NCBI RefSeq assembly: GCF_006345805.1
Contig: NC_042997.1
Coordinates: 203,670,001-203,734,000 of the forward strand
DNA: 64,000 nt
Source of the DNA: Octopus sinensis
Taxonomy: Eukaryota
Direction of reading: 5' to 3'
In this document: piece after piece, positions 18,940 to 33,696 of the stretch
How positions within the stretch are numbered: the stretch's first letter is position 1
Layout of the letters: each line of letters opens with the position of its first letter
Notes under the pieces: generated by a model
What the model saw: only the letters and a program-made list of their open reading frames with translations
What the model was told of the DNA's origin: nothing
The model's database searches: none
Program-made: the position numbers and the translations under genes

Positions 18940-20960
18940 GTAAGGATGGACATTGTAAGAAATGTTATGACGGTCGCTGTAACGGTATGTTTGCAGAGGA
19001 AGTTGTTATGACACTAAGTTGTCATGTCAGCACATGTTACAAGCGGCTTTGTTTATCGAAATGTCTTTATTAATGAAATTGTTGTCAAATAAAAGACAAT
19101 TCTTTATGATATTGTCACCTTTCCCTATAAGAAACAATTTACATTTTAAATTTGATATACCTAAAGTTGATTTATTTATCCAAATATTATTATTATCTAT
19201 ATTTTGATCAAAAGTTTTGACCTTCCTCTGTAAAAACTGCAAATCGTTTCTGTTTTACCCAAATGTTACAAAAATTAAAAGAAATTAAAATTAATTAAAG
19301 TGTGTGTAATTAGACACATTTTAAGTCATCATCGTCGTGTCTATTTACCCCTTATTTTTAGTAATTAACGATCGAAGTTTAATATTTTTATTTGAAATTT
19401 GAATTGTACCCTTTTTAATCTGTTTATTTCAGTTATAAAAAACACCTAAAAGTTTCAAATTGCAACATTTTCTCTTTAATATTTTATCATAGAATTAATA
19501 TTAATTATAACACACACACACGGACACTCCAATATATATGCCTGACATTTTTACCGGAATTTATTAAATCGTTCCTAGTAATTTTGTAGATAACGGCGGC
19601 GATAGTAACGAACGATTAGCTTTTGACAATTTTTTTAAATGTCAACAAATATCAATTAATCTAAAATTTATCGAAACAGTCAAAAGCCTACATTTTGTGA
19701 TAAAACTTCCTTAATGGTTTCTAGTTCCTAGAATTTGCTAAGGTGAACCAGGTCATCTGATATAAAATATCTTCACAGCACCGTTTTTCGCATCCCATTT
19801 ATTTTCAGAATGTTCTTCCGTTTCTGTCCCTAAGAGCCATCATGTCTTTTATTTCAACCCGCTTCTTTCGTCATCCTTGAAATATCTCTCTATCTTTATA
19901 GTAAATGTTGAAGGTTCAACTATGTATAACACGTGCTCAATCTGATTGATTGAATTAATACGATTCTAGTACAAGAATTTCCCAGTTTTCATATCCGTTC
20001 ATCACTGAATTTTTATACATCTTGCACTCTCTCAAGAGTTGTACATTAACAAGCCTATTCCTCACACCTGGCTAACTAAATCGGATATCGATTTATTTCT
20101 TGGATGGCAGTGCCCGTGAAATCTGTGTGGTATAATGTGATCCTGCCTGAACTGCCTACAAGATGCCAGAATCATTCTTCAGCCACGGTAATGTAGTCTG
20201 CAGGAATATGGTTGCATACTAATTTGATACCAGGAAGTGCCTGAGACACAAGTAGTTAATTAATCAGGATCATTTAACAGATCTATATTGGATTTTCTAT
20301 TATGAAGCACCCTCTCCTCTGAATATTTCTCTATTCAAAGCATTCCTACAACTGGTGATTTTTTTTGTGATGTGTAAATTGTTGATAAAGTAAAATTTCT
20401 AGCTAAGATTCTTTCTGTTTCCTTGCTTTTAGTCTTTACTTATTTAGTGAGTTTTTTGAAAATACAATAACTGCCATCGTTGCTACTGTGGTGCTGTTTC
20501 TAAGATCTTAGTGAACACAACTGTTTCATTTCATTTTTAACAGTGCTCCATTTATTTCACTGTTACCCTTGGCAGTGATATTAAGTTACTTACCATTCCT
20601 ATTCCTTCATACCCCCTGTCGGCCACTCCTTTAAGTAGCGCTATTGCAGATCAAGTCAACACATTAATTGCTCATCTTTTTTCCATCTGCTCAGACACAC
20701 ACAATCATTATGTTCACACAGTTGCCAACAAGTGTAAAACGTCCCATCCTTTCAACCCAACAATTCAAATGTTATATGAGAATATTTCTACCATTACTTT
20801 TAAACTGTACCCAGAGCAAATTCTTCAGTCATTCTTTACAAGGGTCTATTGTAATCTAAGAAAATGTGCAACAGTGTCCTATTCCTTAGAAGAATAACCT
20901 CTCTGACCTTCCAATAATGACCCTCGCTTCCTGCATGTCAAAAGTAATGGAAGCTGTTTA

Positions 20961-21002
<42 letters not shown>

Positions 21003-21125
21003 AGCTTCCATTTTGTACACACACACACACACATACACGTATATACATACATTATATATATATATATATATATATATAAACAGCTTCCATTTTGTACACA
21101 CACACATACACGTATATACATACAT

Positions 21126-21156
<31 letters not shown>

Positions 21157-21347
21157 GTATATACGTGTGTGTGTGGCACATAAAAAGCACCCACTACACT
21201 CACGGAGTGGTTGGCGTTAGGAAGGGCATCCACCTGTTGAAACACTGCCAGATCAGACTGGGTCTGGCGCAGCCTTCTGGCTTCCCAGACCCCAGTTGAA
21301 CTGTCCAACCCATGCTAGCATGGAAAGCGGATGTTAAACAATGATGA

Positions 21348-21396
<49 letters not shown>

Positions 21397-24300
21397 TGCA
21401 TACAGATAGTAGGCGAGAGCTAGATATGCTCAGTATAGAAAACATGTAATAGTGCTGAAATGAATTTGAACTTCAAGTTCGAATTCTTCATCCAGAACTA
21501 GGTCCATGGCATCAGGAGTGGCTATAAGAAAAATCCAAGACACACACATACATATACAAATATGAGTGGTTGGCAATAAGAAAGGCATCCAGCTGTAGAA
21601 ACATTGCCAGATCAGATTGAAGTCTGGTGTGGCCTCCTGGCTTGCCAGTCCCCAGTCAAACCATCCAACCCATGCCAGCATGGAAAACGGACGTTAAATG
21701 ATGATGATGATGATGATAGTATAAAAAATACAGAATACTGAGAAGAGAATACATAATTTCTTAACTTGACAGCCGTTTCAGGAAGTTTGGGTTTATGTGA
21801 TAATTATAATGTTGAAAATTTGCAGATGGAATATGCAAAAAGTCTTACGTATGCAACCAGTAAATAGCCAGACAGAGATATTGCAATAAGTTCAGTTCCC
21901 TTCATCCTATATATATAAACAAAATAACAAATTTCACCTCTTTTTTTATCCTGTTAAATATTCCTACATATGTTTCTGATTACTGCTATATAGTTCTGCT
22001 GAATTCAAAATAATGGAGACCCGCTTTGCTAAATCATTATTCTCAAAATAATGGAGATCTACTATGCTAAATCTTTTCTCTTCCTCCTAGAAATTTACTC
22101 TTACATCAACTCCATTGATCTCACCAGTCTCTTGAATATGAAATCCTTGTTAAATCATCAAGCTTATCATTGTTTTAATGTCCACTTTTCATGCTTGCAT
22201 GGGTTGGACAAAGTTCATTGAGGCAGATTTTCTACAGCTGGATGCCCTTCCTGTTGCCAAATGATGCTTGTTTCCAAGTAAGGAAATATTTCCCCCTGGC
22301 CAAACGTGTTTTTTGCAGATTATTGGAAACGAATGACAGTGATACTCATTTACAATTATCACATTGTTGAATAGATAGATAGAGAGAGAGAGACATAAAC
22401 AGACAGAGGTCTTTTTTTCAGTTTCCATCTACTATAGCCTCAAGCTCTCGTAGAAGATACTTGTAAGGTGTTACACAGTGGAACTGAATTTGAAACCTCA
22501 TGATTAGAAAGCAAATTCCCTGCACCCAATAAATATATAATTGTGGATTCTACAAATTTATATTTTACACTGAAAATAATTCAGTCAATGCTGGTGAGCT
22601 TCTGATTTTCATTGTTGTTTTTCAGCCATCTGTTCAGAACAAGCTGAGATCCATCATCCCCAACTTAAAGTGCTCTGAAGGTAACAATGGTAAAATGTTA
22701 AATCCTGCTGATGTTATGAAACAGCTTAAAGAGAATGGAACTATTGACAGTTTGTTAAAAGATGTTAAAAATGGTGAAGGAGATGCACTTGCACTAAATC
22801 AATTAAATCCTTGTGTGCTTACAGACAGTGAGTATTAAATTCTAATTCATGATTTTATTATAATTACCATTACCATCTTTATTTCCCTTCCAGCTATTCT
22901 CATCCATCCTTGCATATGATGGGGTTGCCATGTATCTCTATAGCAAAACACCTATACTTTTACTTCTATCATACTTTAGCCTTCTATACTCGGCATAAAG
23001 GTCAAGAGGGCCTTTTTTTAATTACTTTGTCTTGCAAGTTACTTGGTAGGTCTCATTTGTGCCAGTTTCACAAAAGAAAAGAGACACCCAGTACATACTA
23101 TAATGTGGTTGGCATTAGGAAGGACTTTTAACCATAGAAACCATGCCATAGCTGATGTTGGGAACTGATACAGCCCTGCAGCTTGTTGGATCCTGCCAAA
23201 CTGTTCACCCCATGCTATCATGGAAAACGGACATTAAATGATAATGATGATGACTTTAATGAAAATTAACATCAGAGAGAGAGAGAGATTTTGAAAGGTG
23301 TTCACTGTCCTCTTTATATCAAAGAGGGTAAATTTCATTTAGGCATGTATGTGACAAAAAAAATTAGATTCATATCACGGACATTCTCTTGAGCCATTGT
23401 TGGAATGTTTGCCTCAATCCAATAAATATTCTGTTTTTAACATGTCCATCATGAGAAAAACCACAACATTATGCCTTTCAATTGTGTATATACATTAAAT
23501 ATGATATATCAATGGCTATTTCAATCATTAACTTTCTTTAAATCTTTTTCACAACAGTTAGTTTATGAGTATTACACAATACTCAACATCGAACCAAGAA
23601 AGAAACCATAACATGGTGGCTCAATCTGAAAGAAACAGCAATCAAACCTTCCTTAACCTTTTAGCATTTAAACCAACCATATCTGGCCCAAAACATTCTA
23701 CTTGTTTTATGTTTAAACTGGCCAGATTTGGCCTCTCACACCTATCCAACTATGTCATTTAAAACAATCATGTCATCAAAATCTCAAAGCTACAAGATGA
23801 TGCATGATTAATTTGAAACAATGTGAATGAATATATATTGCATTTGATTGGGTAATCTGAATGTTAAAGGGTTGAACCACATTTTGCTGTGTAAAAAATA
23901 AGATATATTAAATGAATAGTCTAACATATGCTATGCCAAGGAAAAGAAAAAGCAAGATGGTCACAGCTGGAATGTCTTTTGTTAAAAGGCTGATTCAGAA
24001 ACTCAACTAACAGAAACAATACTCATAAATCTACCCCACTTCTCTCACTAGACATTTAACTGAAATTAATTTTCCTTCAATTGTTTTCTCAGACATATAA
24101 ATCAAAAAAATATGGTTTGTCAACAGCTATTAAGATGAGCTGCTAACATAAGATTTGAAACAGCTGGAAGCATGTGAGCTTTCTGCTTTCTGTCAGGTTA
24201 AAACTACCAACAGACATTAACCAACACTTGTCCACCTCTGAAATAACTAAACATTACCCTTAACAATTTTCTGTCTTTTAGTTTTATATTACAAACGTTA

Positions 24301-27300
24301 TTTGAGAAACTATGTTGTTAGCTTTCCACCAAACTGTGTTGCTGGCTATTGGCAGGTAGAAATTGTGCGGAAACCAGTTGTATATATATTCTTTTATTCT
24401 TTTACTCGTTTCAGCCATGCGGCTGTTTATACCAGAATGAGATGAAAACTGGTGTATTTTGTAACTTACAAAAATTATGAAATAAGTACCAAAGTACTGG
24501 GGCTGATGTAGTAATAGTATGGTGGGGTGAGTGCTGTAACAGCACTTCACTGAATCCACCATTTGTTGGCGATTTTCTACTCCTGGTAGATGACACCTTT
24601 GCACCACTCAGGCAACAACTCTCTAACCCATGGGTCTGTTTGGGTAGTTGTTGCTGGCAAGGGTTTTAGGAGGTAGGAGTGCAAATCCTACCTCACCCAC
24701 TTTTATTTGCCTTCAGCATTACCATAAATTATAGAAATTGTGTTGCTATATATATATAATGAGAATTTACAAAAAACAAAAGACGAAGACAGGTGTGTAA
24801 ACAACAAACAGATGTAATAGTTTAACTCTCAAGAAGTGAGAAAGTCTTTCACGTTTTGAGCCTATGCTCTTCGACAGAAAGGAACACAGAAATAAACAGG
24901 GAGAGAAAAAAGAATATGTATATGTGTATGTGTATATATATACATGCACATGCACACACACACAGTACAATCTTACCTTCCCCGATTCCTGCTCTAATGA
25001 CTAGTGATCAAGACCTTTGGAAATATGCTGTGCTTGAGAAGACCTGGCAAACCAAGTGAGACCATAACCAGTTGTGTTTATGCCAGAAGGGCTTTCTTCA
25101 GATCTGACATATTTGAATAGGAGTGAGCAGAAACATTACTCTCTAAGATGGACCAGATAGCAAAGCCCGTGGCATTGATGTCTGAACTTGAGGGAGGCCA
25201 TATTGTTTTGTCCCAAAAGCTGCTGAAATGATCTTGGCATCACCTCTGTATCAAATTGGATGTGTGGGCCAGAGCCCCATTTTGAGTGAAGATGTAACAG
25301 TCATCAAAGGTTTCTGTAACCCAGGGTAACACTTTCTCATTCAACATTTCCACATAAACTTCTTTGTTGACCATGACACAATCCTCAATGAAGATCAAGG
25401 GAGACTTGGACCTATAAGATGCAACTGCGGCCCACACCGTGAGTGAAGCTGGCTCCTGATTGTGTAAATGACTTCTGCTACCTTTGGGCAAGTCTCCTGC
25501 ATTATGTTCATAAAGCCTGTCATTCTGCCTTAATACTGAAGATCTTCTTGCTGGACCAGGTCAACACTTTCTTAATGGTGTGCTTCATCTCACCTAACAT
25601 GGTTTTACCCCTGTCGAGCTGCTTCTTCTTGGAAGCTGCTGAAATTAATTACTGGGATTGTTTCCTGTATCAGTTAGCTTTAAGTCCTCGTTAAAAATCT
25701 TGTGCATTGACAGTTTCAAAATATCAAGAACTTTTGCTGTTTTACTTGCACTCCTATGGGGATTTCAGTTAATTCACTACTTCACAACTTCAACAGTTTG
25801 TTTGGTATTAATTGATTGTTGAATTGGCTTGCTAGAGTCAGAAGCGGACTCCATGAATTATTTCTAGGTATTGAACACTGTTTTATGACACACATTCAAC
25901 TGTTTGTTATGTCTTTGTTACTCACTCCAGCTGTTTCAAAGCAACAATCTGGTTATGTTTTACTTTCGATACCATGTTTGCTTACAAACATGTTATAAAC
26001 GAACGAAACAATAGACACATGAACAAAAGACATTCAAATCTTTATGCAAAGTGTAGATAATATTACCTGAACTGATATACTTTAGGAAAAGTTTTAAACA
26101 TGGGTAAATCTGTTCACCAACTATTTGTATTGGAGCTTCTGGCATGAATGCCAAGCAGTACAGCATGTCGTTTCCAAATTTCTGGCAGAGTGAATTGCGT
26201 CATGGTGCTGTTTTTCTCACAGACAGTGCCCAACTGACCCTACTATACTATGTAGTCGACAAAATCAAAAACAAAAAATGTGCATGTGCGAAATTGGAAC
26301 CTGGTGTAGCCTTACAGCTTATCAGTTTTAGTCAAATTGTCCAACCCATGGAAAGCAGATACTAAATGATGATGTTATTAATAACTTGATTATATATTTG
26401 TTTTTTTAGCTCGAGTCGATATGACAACTCAGCAACTTATTCTCAAAATCCAAGGTGGTCGTGCTTTCCTTGACCATCTCAGACAGCCTCCTGGTCAGCC
26501 AGCCCAGTCGTATTTTCAACTTCACATTTTATTTCAAAACCAAAGATTCAACACACAACGTGTACCATGTACTTGTGATCCTGCCATAACTGGAGAGTTC
26601 CATCTCAAGTTCAGTAAATCTACACAAGGTTAGTAGCAGCAGTTATGCACTTTTATATTATATAATAATTATAAATGCCCTGATGCAGTACCAGGCAGTG
26701 GCTCTCATGGCTTCTAATCGTAACTGATTGGAAGTGTTATTATGTACATTGTTTTGCCTTGGTATAGAAGAGGGGCTACAGCAAATATTTTGCTCAGTAC
26801 CACAGATTTGCTTGTCAGTTGTTTGACCGTAACCAGTTGAGTATGTCCCTTAGGCTGATATGTGCATCTCTGATCACAAGCTGGAATAGTGGGGAAGCCT
26901 CACAACCATGTGCTGTGAGGAATTCTTTGGGGTTTACATAATTCACTTTTGGAAACATGGGTGTTTCATTCAACATCTTATTCAAGGACCTTTTGAACGG
27001 GATGGGCTACTTGACCTGAAGAAAATTCTAACTGGGCTCCACCTGCAAGGTCACACGCTGTTTATCTTGATATAAGATCTCCAATGTCATGCACATATGG
27101 TGGTGATGCCTGTGCCTGGTGTACCCTTATCAGATAGGTATCATGGTGGGTACATTGGACTTCATATATTTTGCCCCAGTGTCACTTTGATGGCATGCAC
27201 TGCTCTCTCACTCAACAATAATAATATAATAGTAATCAAGTATCCCCCCCTCTCCCAAACTTTCAGGGCTTGTGCCTGAAATTTTTTGGAAGGAGATTAG

Positions 27301-30300
27301 GTGATTACATCATTCCCAGCACTTGACTTGTACTTCATTTATCGACTTCCAAAAGGATGAAAGGCAAAGTTGACCTTGGCAGAAATTGAACTCAGAACGC
27401 AAATTTTGAAGAAATGCTGCTAAGCATTTTTTTTTGGTATGGTAATGACTCTGCTAGCTCATCAGGTAGTTTGAAGGTGACAGGAAGTACAGCAACAGGA
27501 ACAGGCAAAGGATGTTGCTGGAATTTCTGTGGCACAGAGGGTGATGGCCATTGCTTTGTAGAATCCAAAGGCACCTACAAGATTTGTGCCTTCCTTTGTG
27601 TGGCAAGTAATCTTATTTAGGTGTAACACTGCTTCTCCAATATTGGAAGCAGAAAAATAATAATAATATTAAAAAAATGATTTCTAATTTTGGTACAAGG
27701 TCAACTGTTTTTGAGGGGATGCGGAAGTTGATTGCATTGACCTCAGTACAAATATCCAGTTTGATTGTTTTTTTAATGTGTTTCTTAATTATTAAATCAT
27801 ATTTACTCTTTTTTTCTAATGACTGATATTTATTTTTTTTTTTCAGCTCTTACAAATGTTGCTGATTTATTAACAATATCAGATAAAATCAATATTGTTT
27901 TAATACGAACTAATAATTTGGGTGAGAACTTCTTGGTTGCTTCCCATATGTATGACTGGCGGCCTGTTCTGTCTAAGGGAGAAATGACTGCCTCCATTGA
28001 TTTAATAGGAACAGGTAATCTAAATTTCTGGAATTAATTTACATTTGTGTTTGTCCATCCTGAATGAATTAAATGCTTGTGATAGTGATTGAATGAATGA
28101 ATATATATTTCTTTATTGCCCACACGGGGCTAAACAGAGAGTGGACAAACAAGGACACACAAAGGGATTAAGTCGATTACATTGACCCTAATGCATAACT
28201 GGTACTTATTTAATCGACCCTGAAAGGATGAAAGGCAAAGTCGACCTTGGCAGAATTTGAACTCAGTACGTAACAGCAGATGAAATACAGCTAAGCATTT
28301 CACCCAGTGTGCTAATGATTCTAGCAGCTCGCCGTCCTTTGAATGAATGAATATTACCATCATCATGGGTGTGGGTCAGGTCGGTGATGGTGCCACAGAC
28401 ACAACCACCACTCCTTGATGCACAAGTCTTGTCTCAAAGTCAAGATTGACAAGTCCTGTACATTCCATCAAGGTCTTTGCCGTGACAGTAACAAAGGGAT
28501 TAAAGACATTACTTGGCTTCTCTTAACATTAATCACTGAACTGTAAAAAACACCTGTGCTGGCACTGCATAAAAAGCACCTAGTACACTCTGTAAAGTGG
28601 GTTATATTAGGAAGGGCATCCTGTCATAGAAACCATATCAAATCAGACAACTGGAATCTGGTGCAGCCCTCCAGCTTGCCAGGTCAAACCATTCAACCCA
28701 TGCCAGCATAAAAAAAAAATCAAATTATATAAGTAAACTGTTTGGGTATTTCACATCTTTGGAATAAGTTCCTGATGAATAATCTATGGTTGTGTCATCA
28801 CTATCATCATCATCATCATCATTTAACATCTGTTTTCCATACTGCCATGGCATAGACGGTTTGACTGGAGCTGGTAAGCCAGAGAGTTGCACCAAGCTCC
28901 AGTGGTTATTGATAAATAATCAATGGCTGTGTTATTTAGTTTGCTTTGTAAGTACATGATTTGGTGTCTGATCTCACCACATTGCTCTTAATGTAAATGT
29001 CTTATTGCATAGCCGTTTGTCAACAATTTTGTAGTTGGTAATACTGGAATTCTGTCTATGTGGACTGTTGTCAATCCTGAATAGTAGACTTAATCCATCA
29101 TCTGGTTTAATCCATTCAAAACAGTTTCTGGTTCTGACACAAACTTCTTATTTTAAAGTGATCTAAATTAAATCCATTACTAGTTGGGAAGTGATGTCTC
29201 TCTATGATCAAGGGTGGGGTTATCTACCAAGGGGTCTCACAGTGACAGTCTAAGGCCACTAGAGATATGTCATATAAAAACATCCCTGTAATTGCATTAT
29301 AAATTTATGTAAGAAACTATTTAGAAAACCTATTCATATGTGATATATTATTTATTTATTATGGAGGCAGTGACAAGTAACCGAGTCCTTTGACAATATA
29401 CTGTGCTTGAGAAGATTTGTCAAGCCAAGTGAGGTCGTAGTCATGGCTACTGGTGTTTTGTAACTGCCACCCATGCCAGTGGCACATAAAATGCACCCAC
29501 TACACTCTTGGAGTGATTGGCATTAGGAAGGGCATCCAACTGTAGGAATTTTGCCAAATCAGATTGAAATCTGGTGCAGCTCCCTAGCTTACCAGTTTTC
29601 AGTCAAACTGTCCAACCATCCAACCCAAGCTAGCAAAGAAAATGGACATTAAATGATAATGATAATGATGATGATGATGATATATGCTATATTAATTTAT
29701 TATTATTATATGATATATTGGTGTAAGACATGGTTCTCAGATCCTGTCGATGCATTCAGTCCATGCTAGCATGGGAAGCAGACATAAAAGGATGATGATG
29801 ATGTTAAAATTAGTAAAATAAAATAAATTGTTTTCTTTTATTCCTTTTTAGGTGGAGTTCCTGTGGGTTTGTTGGAAATACAATTACAGTTGTTTCCGAA
29901 TTTATCTATGAATCCATCAAATGAAGCTGTTACCAAACAAACAGAGTGTGAAACGGAAAGTCAGCGCATGAAAGAGAAGAAGTTCATAGCTTATGCCAAC
30001 AGTTGGTGGAGTGAATATCTACAAATAAATGACACTTTCAAAGATAGAATTGTGAAAATATTTGCTCAGGTTTGAGTTGTTCTATCTATCTTTAAAATTA
30101 TTTTCAAACTGAAATTGTATTAAGTTTACATGGGTTGGCATTAAACTAGGACTACTGCCAACCACAACATCACCATCATAGAGGTGGTGGTGTCTTTCTG
30201 TCTTTATATTTGTCATTCTGTTTTCAGGGTTTGATATGGCTTTACATTCATTTGCAAAGATTGTCTGTGTGAAGAAACAAGAATTATTAAAACTGTAAAA

Positions 30301-33300
30301 CCATTTTGGCAACTTCACTAGTGCTGCTGATACAAAAAAGTGCCTAGTACATGCTGCAAAATAAATTGGCATTAGGAAGGGTATTCAGCCATAAAAACCA
30401 TGCTAAAGCAAGCCTTGGTGTACCATGGATCTTGTCAAACAGTCCAACCCATGCCAACATGGAATACAGATGTTAAATGATGATGATATTCAGTTTGTTT
30501 GGGGTACCTAACTTTCTAAAATGAGTTACCCTCACAATGGTCGAGAAGTCATGTCTCTCTTTTCAAAATGAATTAAATTTCAGATTTGTGTTGGAAACAT
30601 GGCAAAGTAGACAGTGGAGCACAATGCAGTCCTTCGAGCCATACCCTCATGAAAATCAGTTCCCTATATCTGCCAAAATTACAGAAATATTTTTATAAAA
30701 TGAAATCAAATAATTTTGTTAGCTAATATCTCTTGTTAAAGATATTTTTATGTTTCCATTTTCATGTTTCAGGATGAAAACTCCAAAAACCGTTTTGTTT
30801 GTTCGTTTGTAAAACGTCTCAAAGCCAACCGGTTGTTGAGTTCTGCACGAGAGGCAGCACGTTTTGTCAGTCTAATCCCTGTTGGAAAATCGGAAACAAT
30901 AGGACATGCAATGACATCAGAAAGATGGACTTCAATGCATTCTTTTCTATGTTGTAATAAAGGAGTGAGTAATTTTATTATCCTTTTCTTTTCTTTTTTA
31001 TTTATCAATGCTAAGTTGGTTTCTGTTTATAGTATCTTTCATGTAGCTTGGTTATTAGTTTGTATTGTTGCTGTATAACGTTTATGTCGGTTAGCATTAA
31101 AATAGGACAATGATTGGTGTCGGCAACAATTAGGCTGTTGGTAGAGAGTTCATCAGAGAGTTAATTAGGCTCTGCTGATACAATGAGTGAAAGTATAACA
31201 TTTCAGGACCTTCGCTTTGTTTTGAGAGAGTGAGGGAAAAAGAGAGGGTGTTGTTGACCTATACTTTATCTCTTTTCTTCACCCTTTCGTTTAAAAGCCA
31301 AGCATCTCAATCAGTGATTCTCACCCTTTTTAATATCCAGGCCAGATCCAAAACTTGGATTTGTTTGAGGAGGCCACACCAAAAAAAGTAGAACACAAGT
31401 CAAAGAAAAATTTATATTTATCAAGGGAAGACTGTTGAGGACTGCTGGAAGGATGCTTTGAGGGCCGCACGAGGCCCTGGGAGCTGCAGTTGGCAACTAC
31501 TAATCTAAATGTTAGATTCTATATTCCTCACAGTATTTAACTCTCATTGATTAAATTAACATTAGCTAACAATCAGATTAATTATTTGCAGATGGAAATA
31601 ATTATACTGTAATGGTTTCCAAATTATTATTGGTGTTCCAGTGTATATAACATAATGTGTATACAAATATTGAATGACATCAGGTAAAATGTCTTAAAGG
31701 AACTCCTGGGACAATATATTACAACTAGTGCTGTTCTACATTTTTATACACACTGTTTTCATACATTTATAAATTTTATATACATTGTTTTTATATTATC
31801 AATCTTACACACAATTGTTATATATAGAAATTTAATACACACCAGATATATATATTTTATAGATTTTATATATACTGTTTTTATACACAAATTTATACAC
31901 ACCATTTTTATACCTATAAATTTTATGCTCAATCTTAATGTAAGGCTGTTTCTAAGTGTGTATATCATTATCAATGTTGTAATTTTATTTCTCCAGGGAT
32001 CCATGGATCATGCTATTTTATTGTGTAGTCTGTTGCTTGGCTTTGGTCTAAATGCATATGTATGTGTAGGAACCAAGTCAAAAGGCAGCATCCACTTTTG
32101 GGTTGTTACAATCAGCTGTGAAGGACTGGTAACATTTTGGGAGAGTGTAACTGGTCTTACGTAAGTTAGTCTCCACATTTTTTCAAACTTGAATTCTTCA
32201 AGAAGTATGTATAGTGTTAAATTGAAAGTCAGAATGTAGTTATAAGCGAGAATATGTCGTTAATTAGTTATTAAACAACGTCAGCATACTGACCATACTC
32301 AAGTATTGCAATGAACCCGACCATGTGGTCTTGGGGTCAGTCTCATTGCATGATACTTTGGGTAAGTCGTCTTCTACTTCAGTCTTAGGCTGACCAAAGC
32401 CTTGCGAGTGGATTCAGTTGACAGAAACTGAAAAGAAGCCTGTCCTACATATATGCTTGTGTGCATCCTTGTCTTGACATCATGTGATGGTTGTAAACAA
32501 GCATCACCCTCATACAAGCAGTGTTTGTTTCCAGCCTTTCGTGGACATGTTTGGCTATGGGTAAATACTACCTTACTTAGAAACATGTGGCAGTTGGTGA
32601 GAAGGAGAGCATGCAGCCATAAAAAATTAACCTCAACAAACTCCCTCTAGCCCATACAGGTATGGAAAAGTGGACATTAAATGATGATGATTATACATGT
32701 ACTTGTGTGTGTGTACATGAATGATAGTCTTCCATACAGTTTTACTCGCAAGGTTTAGTTAACCTGTGCAGTAGAATCAAACCTGTGCTCTTTGTCAACA
32801 ATATTAGGGCAGGATATTAAACGAATCAGTTGGATGCCTAATGTTTGTAAATCTTTCTTTTAAAGAAATCACCATCATTTTTTAATGTCTACTTTTCCAT
32901 GCTTGCCTGGGTTGGATCCTTGAAGAAGACACTTGCCCATAGTGCTGCATAGTGGGATTGAACCTGGTACCTATAGTTCAAAAGCTCACTTAACCACACA
33001 GCCACGTCTGTGCCCATGTTGTTGTCTATTCTGTGTATTGTGGACTAGAAGACTATATCACTTGTGATATTGTCATGATTAAATGCATCCTGTACAACTC
33101 TACATTCTATTGGAAGGTTTTAATTTACATTACTTTAACCTTTTCGATACCATATTCCTGTTGAATTATATTGCCTTTGTTTCAATTAATTTTGAAATTA
33201 ATGAATAATGAAATAACTTTGTTACTATCAAGCTGGTTTTTGGGTCATGATTTAACACATTTTGATGGTAGATATGAATTTTTGATACCTTAAAAATAGA

Positions 33301-33664
33301 AGTTTGTATCATAGAACCAGAGTCAGTCTCAGGCAGGATGGTATCAAAAGGGTTTATTAAAAGATGATTTTCAACTCAGAAATTGATTTTCTCCATAAAG
33401 CTGGGCGAGATAATTCTAAAAAAGTGATTTAATTTTTTTTGTAGGTATATTCATAAACCTTTAGATCAAAATAATCCACCTCTGGCCAAGAAATATGCTC
33501 ATCCTATGCCTTACAGAACTGTAGGATGTATCTTTAATCATTATCAGTTTTATGCCAATTGTCAGGTAAATATATTTATTATATCTATTTCTCAAAACAG
33601 ATAATCTTTCATATACATCTACCCATTTGTCCATCTCTTTCTCCCTCCCTCTTTCTCTCTCTCA

Positions 33665-33696
<32 letters not shown>

